DNA of 64,000 nucleotides from contig NW_018408784.1 in NCBI RefSeq assembly GCF_002113885.1, positions 410,718 to 474,717 of the forward strand. Reading direction: 5' to 3'. A program made the position numbers and the translations under genes. The notes below the pieces were generated by a model. That model did no database searches, was not told where the DNA came from, and saw only the letters and a program-made list of their open reading frames with translations. Shown here piece by piece: positions 1 to 22,600 of the stretch. Source of the stretch: Mizuhopecten yessoensis (lineage: Eukaryota). Position 1 is the first letter of the stretch. Every line of letters starts with the position of its first letter.

Positions 1-266
1 AGTAGGTCATCAGTTATCATCTCTTGAACTAAAATATAGGAGACAAAACAGTCAGCATGACTGTAAAACAATATCAATTATAGATTGCAAATCTTTGTAC
101 CAATTTTTCATATAATTAGATATTAAAAATAAAACGCGCATTAATATGAAAATTGTAGTTTAAAGTATACGTGGCGCAACAATATTCGAAACGAGGCGGG
201 GATTCCGTCGTAGAGGGGTTTCCTCGTTTGTGAAACGTGACCTCAAGCACATGAACCAAAACAAAC

Positions 267-10945
<10,679 letters not shown>

Positions 10946-11340
10946 ATGTAAATTAAATTGTGATGCAAAGTTTTACTTATCATGAAATAAAGTTCATGCA
11001 CTTGACTGGAAATTTAATAATGTGCAAGTGTTTTATCATTTATAACCAATTTTACGACTGGAGGCATCCGACAGCAATCCCATTATTATAACTCCAAATA
11101 AGTCTGAATTATTGTCTCCCCTTCAAATGTATAGAGAGGCATATTGTTTTAGTTCTGGTGCTTCTGGGCTGTAACTTTAAATCATTAAAGGTATCTTGAT
11201 GAAACTTGCAGTACACCTGCACTGCCCACAGAAGATGTGCAGTTCACTATTGTTAAGTTACATGTACTGTGATCTTGACCTTCAGATAAAAGGTCAAATA
11301 AATACAATTATTTTAAGAAATCTTGTCTGGGACATACATT

Positions 11341-14302
11341 TTTAGGTCACCTGAGCTTTGCTCAAGTGACCTATTCTAATCGCTTTTCGTCCGTCGTCGT
11401 CCGTCGTGCGTCGTGCGTAAACTTTTACATTTTCAACTTCTTCTCAAGAACCAGTGGATGGATTTTTTTCAAACTTGGTCAGAATCATCCTTGGTAGATG
11501 AGGCTTCAAAATTGTAAAATTGGGATTCCTACCCCAACCCCTGGGGCCAGGGCGGGGCCCCAAAGGGAAAATTAACCAATATTTCAAAAATCTTCTTCTC
11601 CAGACTCAGAGGTACTACAGTGATTTTCTCTACGTGGAAAGAAAGATCATCAGGGGCTTTACTTAAATTGTAAATTTCAGGACCCCCGAGCTATCCGTTC
11701 TCCCTTGGGGAGGGGGTAAAGTTTACTATAGTTTATATAGGGAAATAACACTTTTGGGTATATTTTGACAACTTTCTGTAGGAAATTATTTTTACTTGGT
11801 GAGAATTATCCTTGGAGGTAGATGGTTTCAAATTGTAAAATTGAGATTCCTACCCCGACCCCTGGGGCCAGGGCGGGGCCCCAAAGGGAAAATTAATCAA
11901 TATTTCAAAAATCTTCTTCTCCAGACTCAGAGGTACTACAGTGATTTTCTCTACGTGGAAAGAAAGATCATCAGGGGCTTTACTTAAATTGTAAATTTCA
12001 GGACCCCCGAGCTATCCGTTCTCCCTTGGGGAGGGGGTAAAGTTTACTATAGTTTATATAGGGAAATAACACTTTTGGGTATATTTTGACAACTTTCTGT
12101 AGGAAATTATTTTTACTTGGTGAGAATTATCCTTGGAGGTAGATGGTTTCAAATTGTAAAATTGAGATTCCTACCCCGACCCCTGGGGCCAGGGCGGGGC
12201 CCCAAAGGGAAAATTAATCAATATTTCAAAAATCTTCTTCTCCAGACTCAGAGGTACTACAGTGATTTTCTCTACGTGGAAAGAAAGATCATCAGGGGCT
12301 TTACTTAAATTGTAAATTTCAGGACCCCCGAGCTATCCGTTCTCCCTTGGGGAGGGGGTAAAGTTTACTATAGTTTATATAGGGAAATAACACTTTTGGG
12401 TATATTTTGACAACTTTCTGTAGGAAATTATTTTTACTTGGTGAGAATTATCCTTGGAGGTAGATGGTTTCAAATTGTAAAATTGAGATTCCTACCCCGA
12501 CCCCTGGGGCCAGGGCGGGGCCCCAAAGGGAAAATTAATCAATATTTCAAAAATCTTCTTCTCCAGACTCAGAGGTACTACAGTGATTTTCTCTACGTGG
12601 AAAGAAAGATCATCAGGGGCTTTACTTAAATTGTAAATTTCAGGACCCCCGAGCTATCCGTTCTCCCTTGGGGAGGGGGTAAAGTTTACTATAGTTTATA
12701 TAGGGAAATAACACTTTTGGGTATATTTTGACAACTTTCTGTAGGAAATTATTTTTACTTGGTGAGAATTATCCTTGGAGGTAGATGGTTTCAAATTGTA
12801 AAATTGAGATTCCTACCCCGACCCCTGGGGCCAGGGCGGGGCCCCAAAGGGAAAATTAATCAATATTTCAAAAATCTTCTTCTCCAGACTCAGAGGTACT
12901 ACAGTGATTTTCTCTACGTGGAAAGAAAGATCATCAGGGGCTTTACTTAAATTGTAAATTTCAGGACCCCCGAGCTATCCGTTCTCCCTTGGGGAGGGGG
13001 TAAAGTTTACTATAGTTTATATAGGGAAATAACACTTTTGGGTATATTTTGACAACTTTCTGTAGGAAATTATTTTTACTTGGTGAGAATTATCCTTGGA
13101 GGTAGATGGTTTCAAATTGTAAAATTGAGATTCCTACCCCGACCCCTGGGGCCAGGGCGGGGCCCCAAAGGGAAAATTAATCAATATTTCAAAAATCTTC
13201 TTCTCCAGACTCAGAGGTACTACAGTGATTTTCTCTACGTGGAAAGAAAGATCATCAGGGGCTTTACTTAAATTGTAAATTTCAGGACCCCCGAGCTATC
13301 CGTTCTCCCTTGGGGAGGGGGTAAAGTTTACTATAGTTTATATAGGGAAATAACACTTTTGGGTATATTTTGACAACTTTCTGTAGGAAATTATTTTTAC
13401 TTGGTGAGAATTATCCTTGGAGGTAGATGGTTTCAAATTGTAAAATTGAGATTCCTACCCCGACCCCTGGGGCCAGGGCGGGGCCCCAAAGGGAAAATTA
13501 ATCAATATTTCAAAAATCTTCTTCTCCAGACTCAGAGGTACTACAGTGATTTTCTCTACGTGGAAAGAAAGATCATCAGGGGCTTTACTTAAATTGTAAA
13601 TTTCAGGACCCCCGAGCTATCCGTTCTCCCTTGGGGAGGGGGTAAAGTTTACTATAGTTTATATAGGGAAATAACACTTTTGGGTATATTTTGACAACTT
13701 TCTGGTGGAAATTATTTTGACTTGGTGATAATCATCCTTGGAGGAAGATGGTTTCAAATTGTAAAATTGAGATTCCTACCCCAACCCCTGGGGCCAGGGC
13801 GGGGCCCCAAAGGGAAAATTAACCAATATTTCAAAAATCTTCTTCTGCAGACTCAGAGGTACTACAGTGATTTTCTCTACGTGGAAAGAAAGATCATCAG
13901 GGGCTTTACTTAAATTGTAAATTTCAGGACCCCTGAGCTATCCGTTCTCCCTTGGGGAGGGGGTAAAGTTTACTATAGTTTATATAGGGAAATAACACTT
14001 TTCGGTATATATTTTATCCATTTTCAGCAGAAAATTACTCAAACTTAGTCAGAATCATCTTAGGTGAATGAGAGGATTACTTTGTAAAATTGGGATTCCT
14101 GCCCCATCCCCAGGGGCTAGGGCGGGGCCCCAAAGGGAACATTTACCAATATTTTAAAATTCTTATCCATTGATGACATGACAAGTATTGTATTTCACTT
14201 AGTTTACATGCTGATTTCCACATCACATCTAAACAATAAAATAAAGCTACAAGACCCTATGATATAACTCAGGTGACCGCTAAGGCCCTTGGGCCTCTTG
14301 TT
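11341..14302 (+). mobile_element. Complete non-autonomous Helentron-associated element (HINE-like) carrying a tandem array
   Basis: 5' subTIR GGTCACCTGAG plus nearby inverted copy CTCAAGTGACC; (GTC/GTCC) microsatellite; central array; 3' subTIR CTCAGGTGACC (14268-14278); terminal hairpin AGGCCCTTGGGCCT; T-rich ends. Confidence 0.85.
11475..14165. repeat. Tandem array, 8 full and 1 partial copies of a 321-bp unit
   Basis: Units start at 11475, 11796, 12117, 12438, 12759, 13080, 13401, 13722 and ~14045; the identical 63-aa ORFs recur every 321 bp. Confidence 0.98.
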
Positions 14303-16910
14303 AACTTAGAGAGAACTTGATTAATGATAGTTGACACACTCAGTTTTATTGCCGTCAACATTTTGCTTCACCGATTCTCATTCCAACACGACATGGCATG
14401 ACCTAGATACTCAAACGGAGGAAATCTACACTTCATGATCAAGAGGGAATTCAGAGTTTGATCATATGATGGAATGAGTATTCAAATCTTAATACTTACA
14501 AAACTTACTGATCAGATTTTACAATCATGGAACATGTTATATCAACTTATATTATTCACTCTTGTTTGCCCAAATGTTATCGAACAACAGTACCCCGAGA
14601 AATCCCATGTGGTCAGTCAGGTGACCCCATACCTTTTCACGACCGATTGGAGAATAGCAGATGTGCTATCCACGTGCACTGCACTGTCCAACCACGATCA
14701 CTTTTTAAAATTAAAACTCCTACATGTTTTTGAAAGCTGGCAAAGGGAAGAAACAGAATACTGTCTCATTACAATTTTGCTCTTGTTGAATTAGGGAAAA
14801 AAAAGTACCATTACATATTTTAAATGTATTTATTGACAATTTTGACATGTAGTATCATCATCATAATTCATTCTGCAACATGTGATATGACAAATAGTAA
14901 ACAAATACAACTGAAGAAATTATATCATGTATCTGTACAATAAATGAAAATATGTCCTATCATGTACAATTATTTGATGAAGGAACAGTAAACTACTGGT
15001 TAAGAAGCTAGTGGGCAAATTTCAGCAAAATTGAAATTTTATGGACTCGTACATTTCCTAAAATTGCAAAATTCTGACATGCCTTTCTTCTGTTGAATAC
15101 CCACATGGCCCCTATCCGTTCTTACTGCCGAGCCCAGTTGTTCATTAATTTAATCACTGTTTAATGACATTTTTCAATCTCTAATTTTGTCAGAATACTA
15201 GGTAAAATCTTGTAATTTTGCTTGTAATTTACTTTAATATTCCGTTGTGTTTTAAAGATACACCAAAAATAAATGTACATTAAACAGTGAATAAGCTATT
15301 CACATTTTGAACAACTGCACTTTGGTATATACTTTGATAAAAAGCAAAATATCTTCAGAGAATATGATTGTGGTAAATAAAAAGTATAAAAATCTAATAA
15401 TTTCTAGATTCAAACATCGCTTTATACTGATTTAAAAAAAAATCATTAATTAACTGATTTAAAGAAAATTAATTTAATAGAAATTCACAAGAAATAGCAT
15501 AATTATTAACCATGTATCAATTAAACCAGGTTAAAGAGATTCTATATAAACAACTTGATAAACATAAATACTACCAATTGAATATAGAAAAAAATATATA
15601 AAAGTTACATTCACTACTAGTACAATTACTACCAGTACAAAACGCCTTTAGTGACACGAATGATTTATTAATGAACTTACCGTATTTGTCGTAATTACCA
15701 CCCCTCCCCTTTTAATGAGAGGAATTGAAATTCTATATACCCCATCCAAGCCCTTACCAGGCACAGTTATTGATTTAAATGATTTACAGTACTTATAATT
15801 TAAAAATAGAGATTTATGTCTGGTGACTCAACTTCCCATGAAGCAGATGAAACATTTGATATCCAAACCACCAGCCACACTGGAATGTACAAACTGTCCT
15901 TCTGTTATACTGAAGCAAAGGTTGAAGTAGCACAGCTTGTTCTATCATTATCATAACCCCCCCCCCCCCCCCAATTTTGTTTCTTCTAATCAGTGCCCCA
16001 ATTTAAGCTCTTCTTTTTTTTAAATGCCCTGGGCCCTAATTACGGCAAATATGGTACGTGTACTGCTATAAAATGCATAGCACAAATGAGATTTCATATC
16101 AATATTGTGTAGATCTTTGAAACGTTGATGCATGTTATGAGACTGGCATTTTATGGTCACTGTATTTTACAAATAATAATAATAAAGATATCCAGCATGT
16201 TATGATTAATAACAATTTATGTCCCATTGAGTGATTTTATTCTGAAGTGTAATTTAGAGCTTCAACGATTACATTATATTTAAAAAAAAAAAATCACAAC
16301 ATGGGTAATAAATCATAAACAATTTATGCTAGATGGATATCAGAGTTTATCCCATAACTGATATAACAAGGAAAATTATTTTCACTCTCTACCAAATCTG
16401 TTGACTTCATACTACAAGTGCAATGTAACCCATGGGCTGGGAAGGATGAAACCTGTATACATGTGTACATGTACGGTAACCTGTACTCTACTAAATCGTG
16501 TTCATTTCGATCAAACTTTTATGTGTCAAAGTCATTGTTATCATGAAAGTTAACACAATACATCCCAATAAATTACAATTAACCAAAGATTACAAAAGAA
16601 AGATTACTATTTCTGATATCATAAATTCATAAAAAAAATTGACAGCATATTAATATTTTCCAATATTTGAGATTTTTCATTATTCAAATATAATATATGA
16701 AAACATTAATATCTGTATTTTCCTTTTCATCTGTTCAGATCCTGTTCAAAAGTATAGCTAAACCTGCCTTTGAGACCACCTGTCTATTGTGACCACTTTT
16801 TTCTTGTCCCCTGAGCAGTTGCTATAGACGGGTCTGATTAATAGTGAAAAATAGTCAGTTTGCAGTGTACCGGTATGTAAAAATATTTTATAAAAAAGCC
16901 TGGATGGACT

Positions 16911-18982
16911 TCAGCATTCTATTCCATATCTATCAAAGTTCCTTAGAACCACACCGAGCTGTAAGTGAACTTTGCCCATGGCCACTGTATGAAGTCTGTA
17001 TCTATCTGCACCACTGTATATTAAGTCTGGGTTTTTGAGCTGGGGACCACCTCCAAGGAAATGCTGTGACACTTGTTCTCGGAACTCTCCAGCCGGCCGC
17101 CATGTCGGACAATCAATGTCGTGAATTCCAGGGGAGGTTGGGAGATGACAAAAACCATAACCATATAATTCATTTCTTCCAAAAGAATCTTGATGCCACA
17201 CCTGAAAATGTATCTTTGGCCAACCTGCAAGGATACAAAATACAGTGGTAATGAATATTCAATTCAAAATTTTGAAACAAATATATTATTGAAATAGATG
17301 TTAAAAGAATTGGCTTAATAACTGTATTGAGAAACACATCCTATTGAACTACTAATTGCTACAGCAAGCTATTTCACTCTCATTTTACAGTTGCTAGTTG
17401 GACAATTTGTTTTCAATTGTTACCATTTTCATTTTGCATAAACCAGAATAAAGTGTGCATATTTCAATAGCCCATGATACTGAGCTATTATCAAATACTC
17501 AACAGCAGGGCCCAAAAACGGATAGTATTTATTTTTTGTTATAGTGCATTGGTGGGAATTTTATAAAATAACTGCACACATCACTTTTAAATGTAAGTTT
17601 ACGACGAAACATGACTCACCAATGAAAATGTAATTGATGTTTTCACAAATTTCCCAAGAAAATACTAGATTTTTGAAGTCAAGATAAAGTAATTAAGCTT
17701 AACTGTAATAACGTTCACATAAAACTACTACAGTACATCTACTACATTTTATTAGAATGCATGTTGAAAGAAAATTCCAGCAGGTGAAACATGAGGGGTA
17801 ACAATTTATTTTGTCATCACCTTGGAGTCCTTTAGTGGCTAAGTGAAGATCGATGGGATGTGACCAGTAAGCTGCCTCTTGGTTCTGGGGATTGTCCACC
17901 TGTGTTTGACCTTCACGTAAGCCTGACAAGACCTTCCACGCACCACCTAGTCAAGTAGGAATAATGGTAAAAAGGTCACTTGAAGATTTATGAAATTAAA
18001 AGTTAATTATGCCACTATTTGACAAGGTAAAAATAAGAAAAAAATGAAAGGAGATTGGAGATATGTTACAGGTAAGCAAGGTAGCAATTGAAATGACACA
18101 TTGCTGGGTATATCAAGGGTTGTTGTGGTCTGATGAGAAAGACATTTACATTAAAAATTAACAGTAAGGCATGCATTCTTGGTTTGGATTCCTTTTTACC
18201 TTATCACAGGTATCCCTTGCTAAGAAATTATCTGACAAAAACTGCAACAAATTGCCCCTATATATAGTGAACTTATTTCTTAGGTTTCATAGGGTTCAGT
18301 ATAAATTGTCTTACATGCATATATACACACAATATGTAGTGTAACAGAAATGGAAAACGAAATTAACCTGATCAGTTTTAAAACCTGGTTCATTGCCAAG
18401 TGACCCAGTCATGATAAAGTGAGCTCAACCACATGTGCATGCCTCAATTTTCCATTTTTTTGTTTAGGCATTCTGTTCCTTATTCACAATTAAACAACTC
18501 TGACCTTGCTTGCAATGTTTTGTAAGAATAGATCTATGTTTTTGAAGTATCTAATGAAAGTGAATTTATCACATTCAAATATTTCAAAACTAATGATGAT
18601 TGCCTAATACAGTCAGGCCTCTATGAAATTCCTTTCTCTGCATTGGATGTGGTTATCATTTCAACATGGAACTGATTTAACCCTCAAAACTCCTTACATT
18701 TTTTACCAACTATGGGGACGATATTCTATCTGCATCTTAATGATATACCACCAGCACTAGCCTTACCTGTCAATACACTATATAGGTTCGAATGCTGTCT
18801 ATTTCCACTGCATTGATTTTGGTTTTGTTATACCTCTATATGAATTATTATGCCTTTGGCTACAGTATATTAACAGCTATATATGCCAACTTACCAATGT
18901 GGATACCCCATTTACAGAAAAGACTGTGTTCAGGGAATCCTGAAGCACCTACTAATTGTCCTATGACATGTACTTCTGCCAT
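16911..18982 (-). CDS. B9D2: B9 domain-containing protein 2 (ciliary transition zone, MKS module), 175 aa
   Basis: Exons 18982-18895, 17946-17821, 17224-16911 (528 nt). [74 protein letters not shown]-terminus [10 protein letters not shown]. The ATG directly follows an acceptor, so a non-coding exon lies upstream. Confidence 0.97.
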
Positions 18983-19299
18983 CTGGAATAAACAATTTCA
19001 TATTATCAATCACGTGAACATGTTATGAAAATAACTGTCATCTCTTGAATATATTTTTTTTTCATGAAATGGTAGTCTTCAAACACATATGCATAAATAT
19101 GTTTGTTCTTTTTGTTAATGATAAATCACATTATACATCGAAGTTCTTGGTGATGAAATAAAATATTCAACTTTTCAACTATACGCTATATAATTTCAAA
19201 CATAGCCGCCTAAATAGCACAAGTCTCAACATGGCTAGACTCAACTGTCACAATAACATGGTATATATTTCGTTAACCACAAATCATGTGTACTGGATT

Positions 19300-19636
19300 T
19301 CTTACATTTTATAACTTTGTGTAGTACTTCTTTGTCTTAATTCACAAGATGACAATAATTTGATGATAAACTCGCGGTTTGCAGACAAAATGCACTCGAC
19401 AAGTTTCTACTGGCTAAGAATGTCTTCCATCTTTGTTGACATTGACATTCAGAATCAGAGCTGGCAGTGTTTTCGAACTTACTTTCATTTAGCACTATTG
19501 CACAGTTCTTTTGTAAAACAATAAAAAGCATAAAACTAGATATTTGTTTAACACTATTTAATCATTTGTTCTTATTATTTAACATATCTGATATTTATTT
19601 ATTTTCGAAACTAAACCGGAAGCAGTACTTGGCAAT
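19300..19636. promoter_or_regulatory. Probable bidirectional promoter between B9D2 and TDP1
   Basis: Divergent ATGs about 655 bp apart; ETS-like CCGGAAG at 19616; candidate B9D2 5'-UTR exon donor (GTAAG, minus strand) at 19305. Confidence 0.55.
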
Positions 19637-22600
19637 ATGGCGGCAAATTTCAGTGATGAAGATTTTGCAAGACAACTTCAAGCTCAAGTAAATAAATTTA
19701 TGATCAATAAGCCATTTAGAAAAGACTTTCCATATTTATTCAAAATATATTTAACATTTGAATTGCTACAGCGCCCATAACTTCGTCCACCTATCCTAAA
19801 TCGCGAAATTCACAATGTGCTGACCCAGCAGTATCATCTCGCCATCTCAAATGATCTGTCAACACCGTGAACACCAGCAGCTGTTGTGTCGGTTACATAT
19901 ATGTACTTATAGGCACTTCAATTATATGTATCATGATTCGCCAGCTGTTCACCCCAATGCAGCCGAGCTGTCATTTAATATGGATGCCTGAGGGAGAAAG
20001 ATGTATTCTGTCCAAAATGAAACCGTTATTTTTTGATATAGGCCTACATAGTTACAATTTATAGAAGTGTCACGTGATTATTTGTAATAGCAGCCTAAAA
20101 GGTTACATATGTATCGTATCAATAATGTGTTTGGAGTCAAAAGTACTAATACATGCAGTTCAATATGTTGTAGAAGCAGTACTCTAGTCATTTTCATGTG
20201 TTAATGAGACTGGATATATCTATAGCAGCCCGAGTTTCCTCTGACCCCGACACCAGACTTGGACATTTTGACAGATAGATGTACATGTATGGTATGGGAC
20301 CAGAGTGCACTGCTATACGAAAACGTGGAATTCTCCGACACCAAACGGTGTTGTAGAGTTTTGAGGTGCTGACAACAAAAATCGACTATGACACAACGCA
20401 TACATAGCATATATCGATAAATGGATTATTTATTGATCCAAAACGCTCTTATTGTCTATGTCTGGTGTAAGGGCCAGAGGAAACTCTGGCTAAATATCTC
20501 TATATATATAGTTGTTGGTTTGTTTCTCTCTTTTTCTATTAGTCAACTTTTATATATTCTGTTTGTCATCTATCTTTTATGCATATTTGATGAACGTAGG
20601 GAATTATCCTTTTCAATGTTATTTTATTTATCTGATGATAAAATTAAAGAAAACATTGATTTTGTTTCAGTTTGATGCAGAATCTGCTTCATCATTACAG
20701 GCTGATCTTAAGAGCACTTCCACCAGGACCACATCCTCACACTTTGTTTCTGACAGTGACTCTGATGTTACTCTAGACCCAGAACTAGAACAGGAACGTT
20801 TGACTTTTAACATAAAAGAGAAAACCACACCCAAAAAATCACATTCCTTTTCAGACTCTGATTCTGATGTAACACTTTCTCCTGACCTATTTGATAGGGA
20901 AAGTCCGTTTAACAATATGTCAAATAATAGTAGAAATACAAAAAAGGCATTAATACATTCACCGTCATCTAGTCGAAAAAATGATTACAATGAAAAACAA
21001 CTACAGAGGCGGCGTAGTAAAACACATGAAGTCTCTGACTCGGAAGAAGAAGAATCTGTTAAAACAACTGTACATGATGGAAATAATCAAAGAACTGTTG
21101 AGAAAACTCCATCTAGTCAGCAAAAATCTTCAGAGAAGAACAATAGTTTCCAACACAGAGACAGTTCTGCGCATAAAAAAGCAAATTCTAGGGATCAAGA
21201 AAAGGACTCCTCTACACCGTCAAGTTTGAAAAGAAAGCGTACATTACTTCTAGATGAAGAACAATCTACAAGCAAAAGAGAAAAACCTATATGTCAGTAT
21301 GGTTCAAAATGTTACAGGAAAAATCCATCTCACAGAGAGGAATTCCATCATCCAGGTATGGCTGCTATAAATAGTATTTGATATTTTGAAATTTTGCCAA
21401 CATAAGTAAATAAATATAATGTTTAGAATATTTTTTGAAGTATTAAATATAATGTTATAGAGGAATTTAATGGTATTAAAGTCCGACTGATATTTTTTTT
21501 TCTTAATCATTCTTATCAAGATAACATTGATATTCTGTTATAGTACTCTGTTTATCCAGTTTGTAATTTAAACCATAAAAAGGTGATGGCTCCAGGCTAG
21601 ATCTGAAGGTTCATATGTTGATGGAAGTTAAGTTGAAATATGATAATTACTATCAACAATTACTTTGAGTCTGTTTTTATGCAGCAGTTGTATATTGCAT
21701 TCTTACAGATTGCCTATTCAAGCAAGGGAAAAGTTGATGTAGAGAGAAGTTTTTATAAAATTCAATATATTCAGTTTTAATTTCTGTAAAATTTATAATC
21801 TAAACTAGTTATCTAGTAACTTTGAAGATTTAAATGTTCAATATATATATGAACACCATCGTTTAATAATGATATACACGGTGTTTAATACATATTTCTA
21901 TATTTCAGTCGACAGTCGTGATAAACAGAAACCCTCTACAAGTTCAGCTACTCCTCCTCCAGCCAAAAAGGTCAAGGCTGGAGGATCTTTGGCAGCGAGA
22001 GGTCCAGTAACACCATCTGGTGTGTATAAGGCTGGACAACCACTTAGCTTCTTCCTTACAAAAGTGCATGGCATCGAAAACAAGTACAACAGGTTTTGTA
22101 CTATGGATGTTAAAGGTATAAGACATTTCTAAAATCAGTAGGGTATTGCATATACCATAGATGATTTATCTGTTATAAATATATTTTCAAAAGCACATTT
22201 CCCTTGTTAATCTTGCAAGTTAGAGGGGCTTTTGAAAATTAATTTAGCTGGCAAATTTAAATATGTATGATTATGAATAAAAAAAAAATGTGCAAAGTAA
22301 CTCATTTTCATAGCACATTTTCAGTGATCAATCTATCTTTCATTTTTTATAAGTTTTTTTTATACTTTTTGTTAAAAAAATTGGTCCTGTCTTGTTGAAT
22401 TTCAGTATTTCCAAAAATTCTGTGATCCCTTAAAAGAAGTACATGTGTATGAATATAGGGCCACTTTTGTTTGTGGTGTTTCAAATGATTGGACTGTTTG
22501 TACCAGAGTTGTCTGTTTATGCTTTCCGGTGATCAAGCCATAGGGAAGACTTTCAATTATCCCTGAAATATTACATTTAAAAATAGTCCATTAGATTTGT

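Noticed and set aside
11796-13913. Seven near-identical 63-aa ORFs at regular spacing (gene array or CRISPR-like)
   Set aside because: They are TTG-start frames within the 321-bp satellite unit; there are no unique spacers and no coding signature.
14474-14794. 106-aa and 68-aa intergenic ORFs
   Set aside because: No recognisable motifs or splice structure; the region looks like a decayed repeat.
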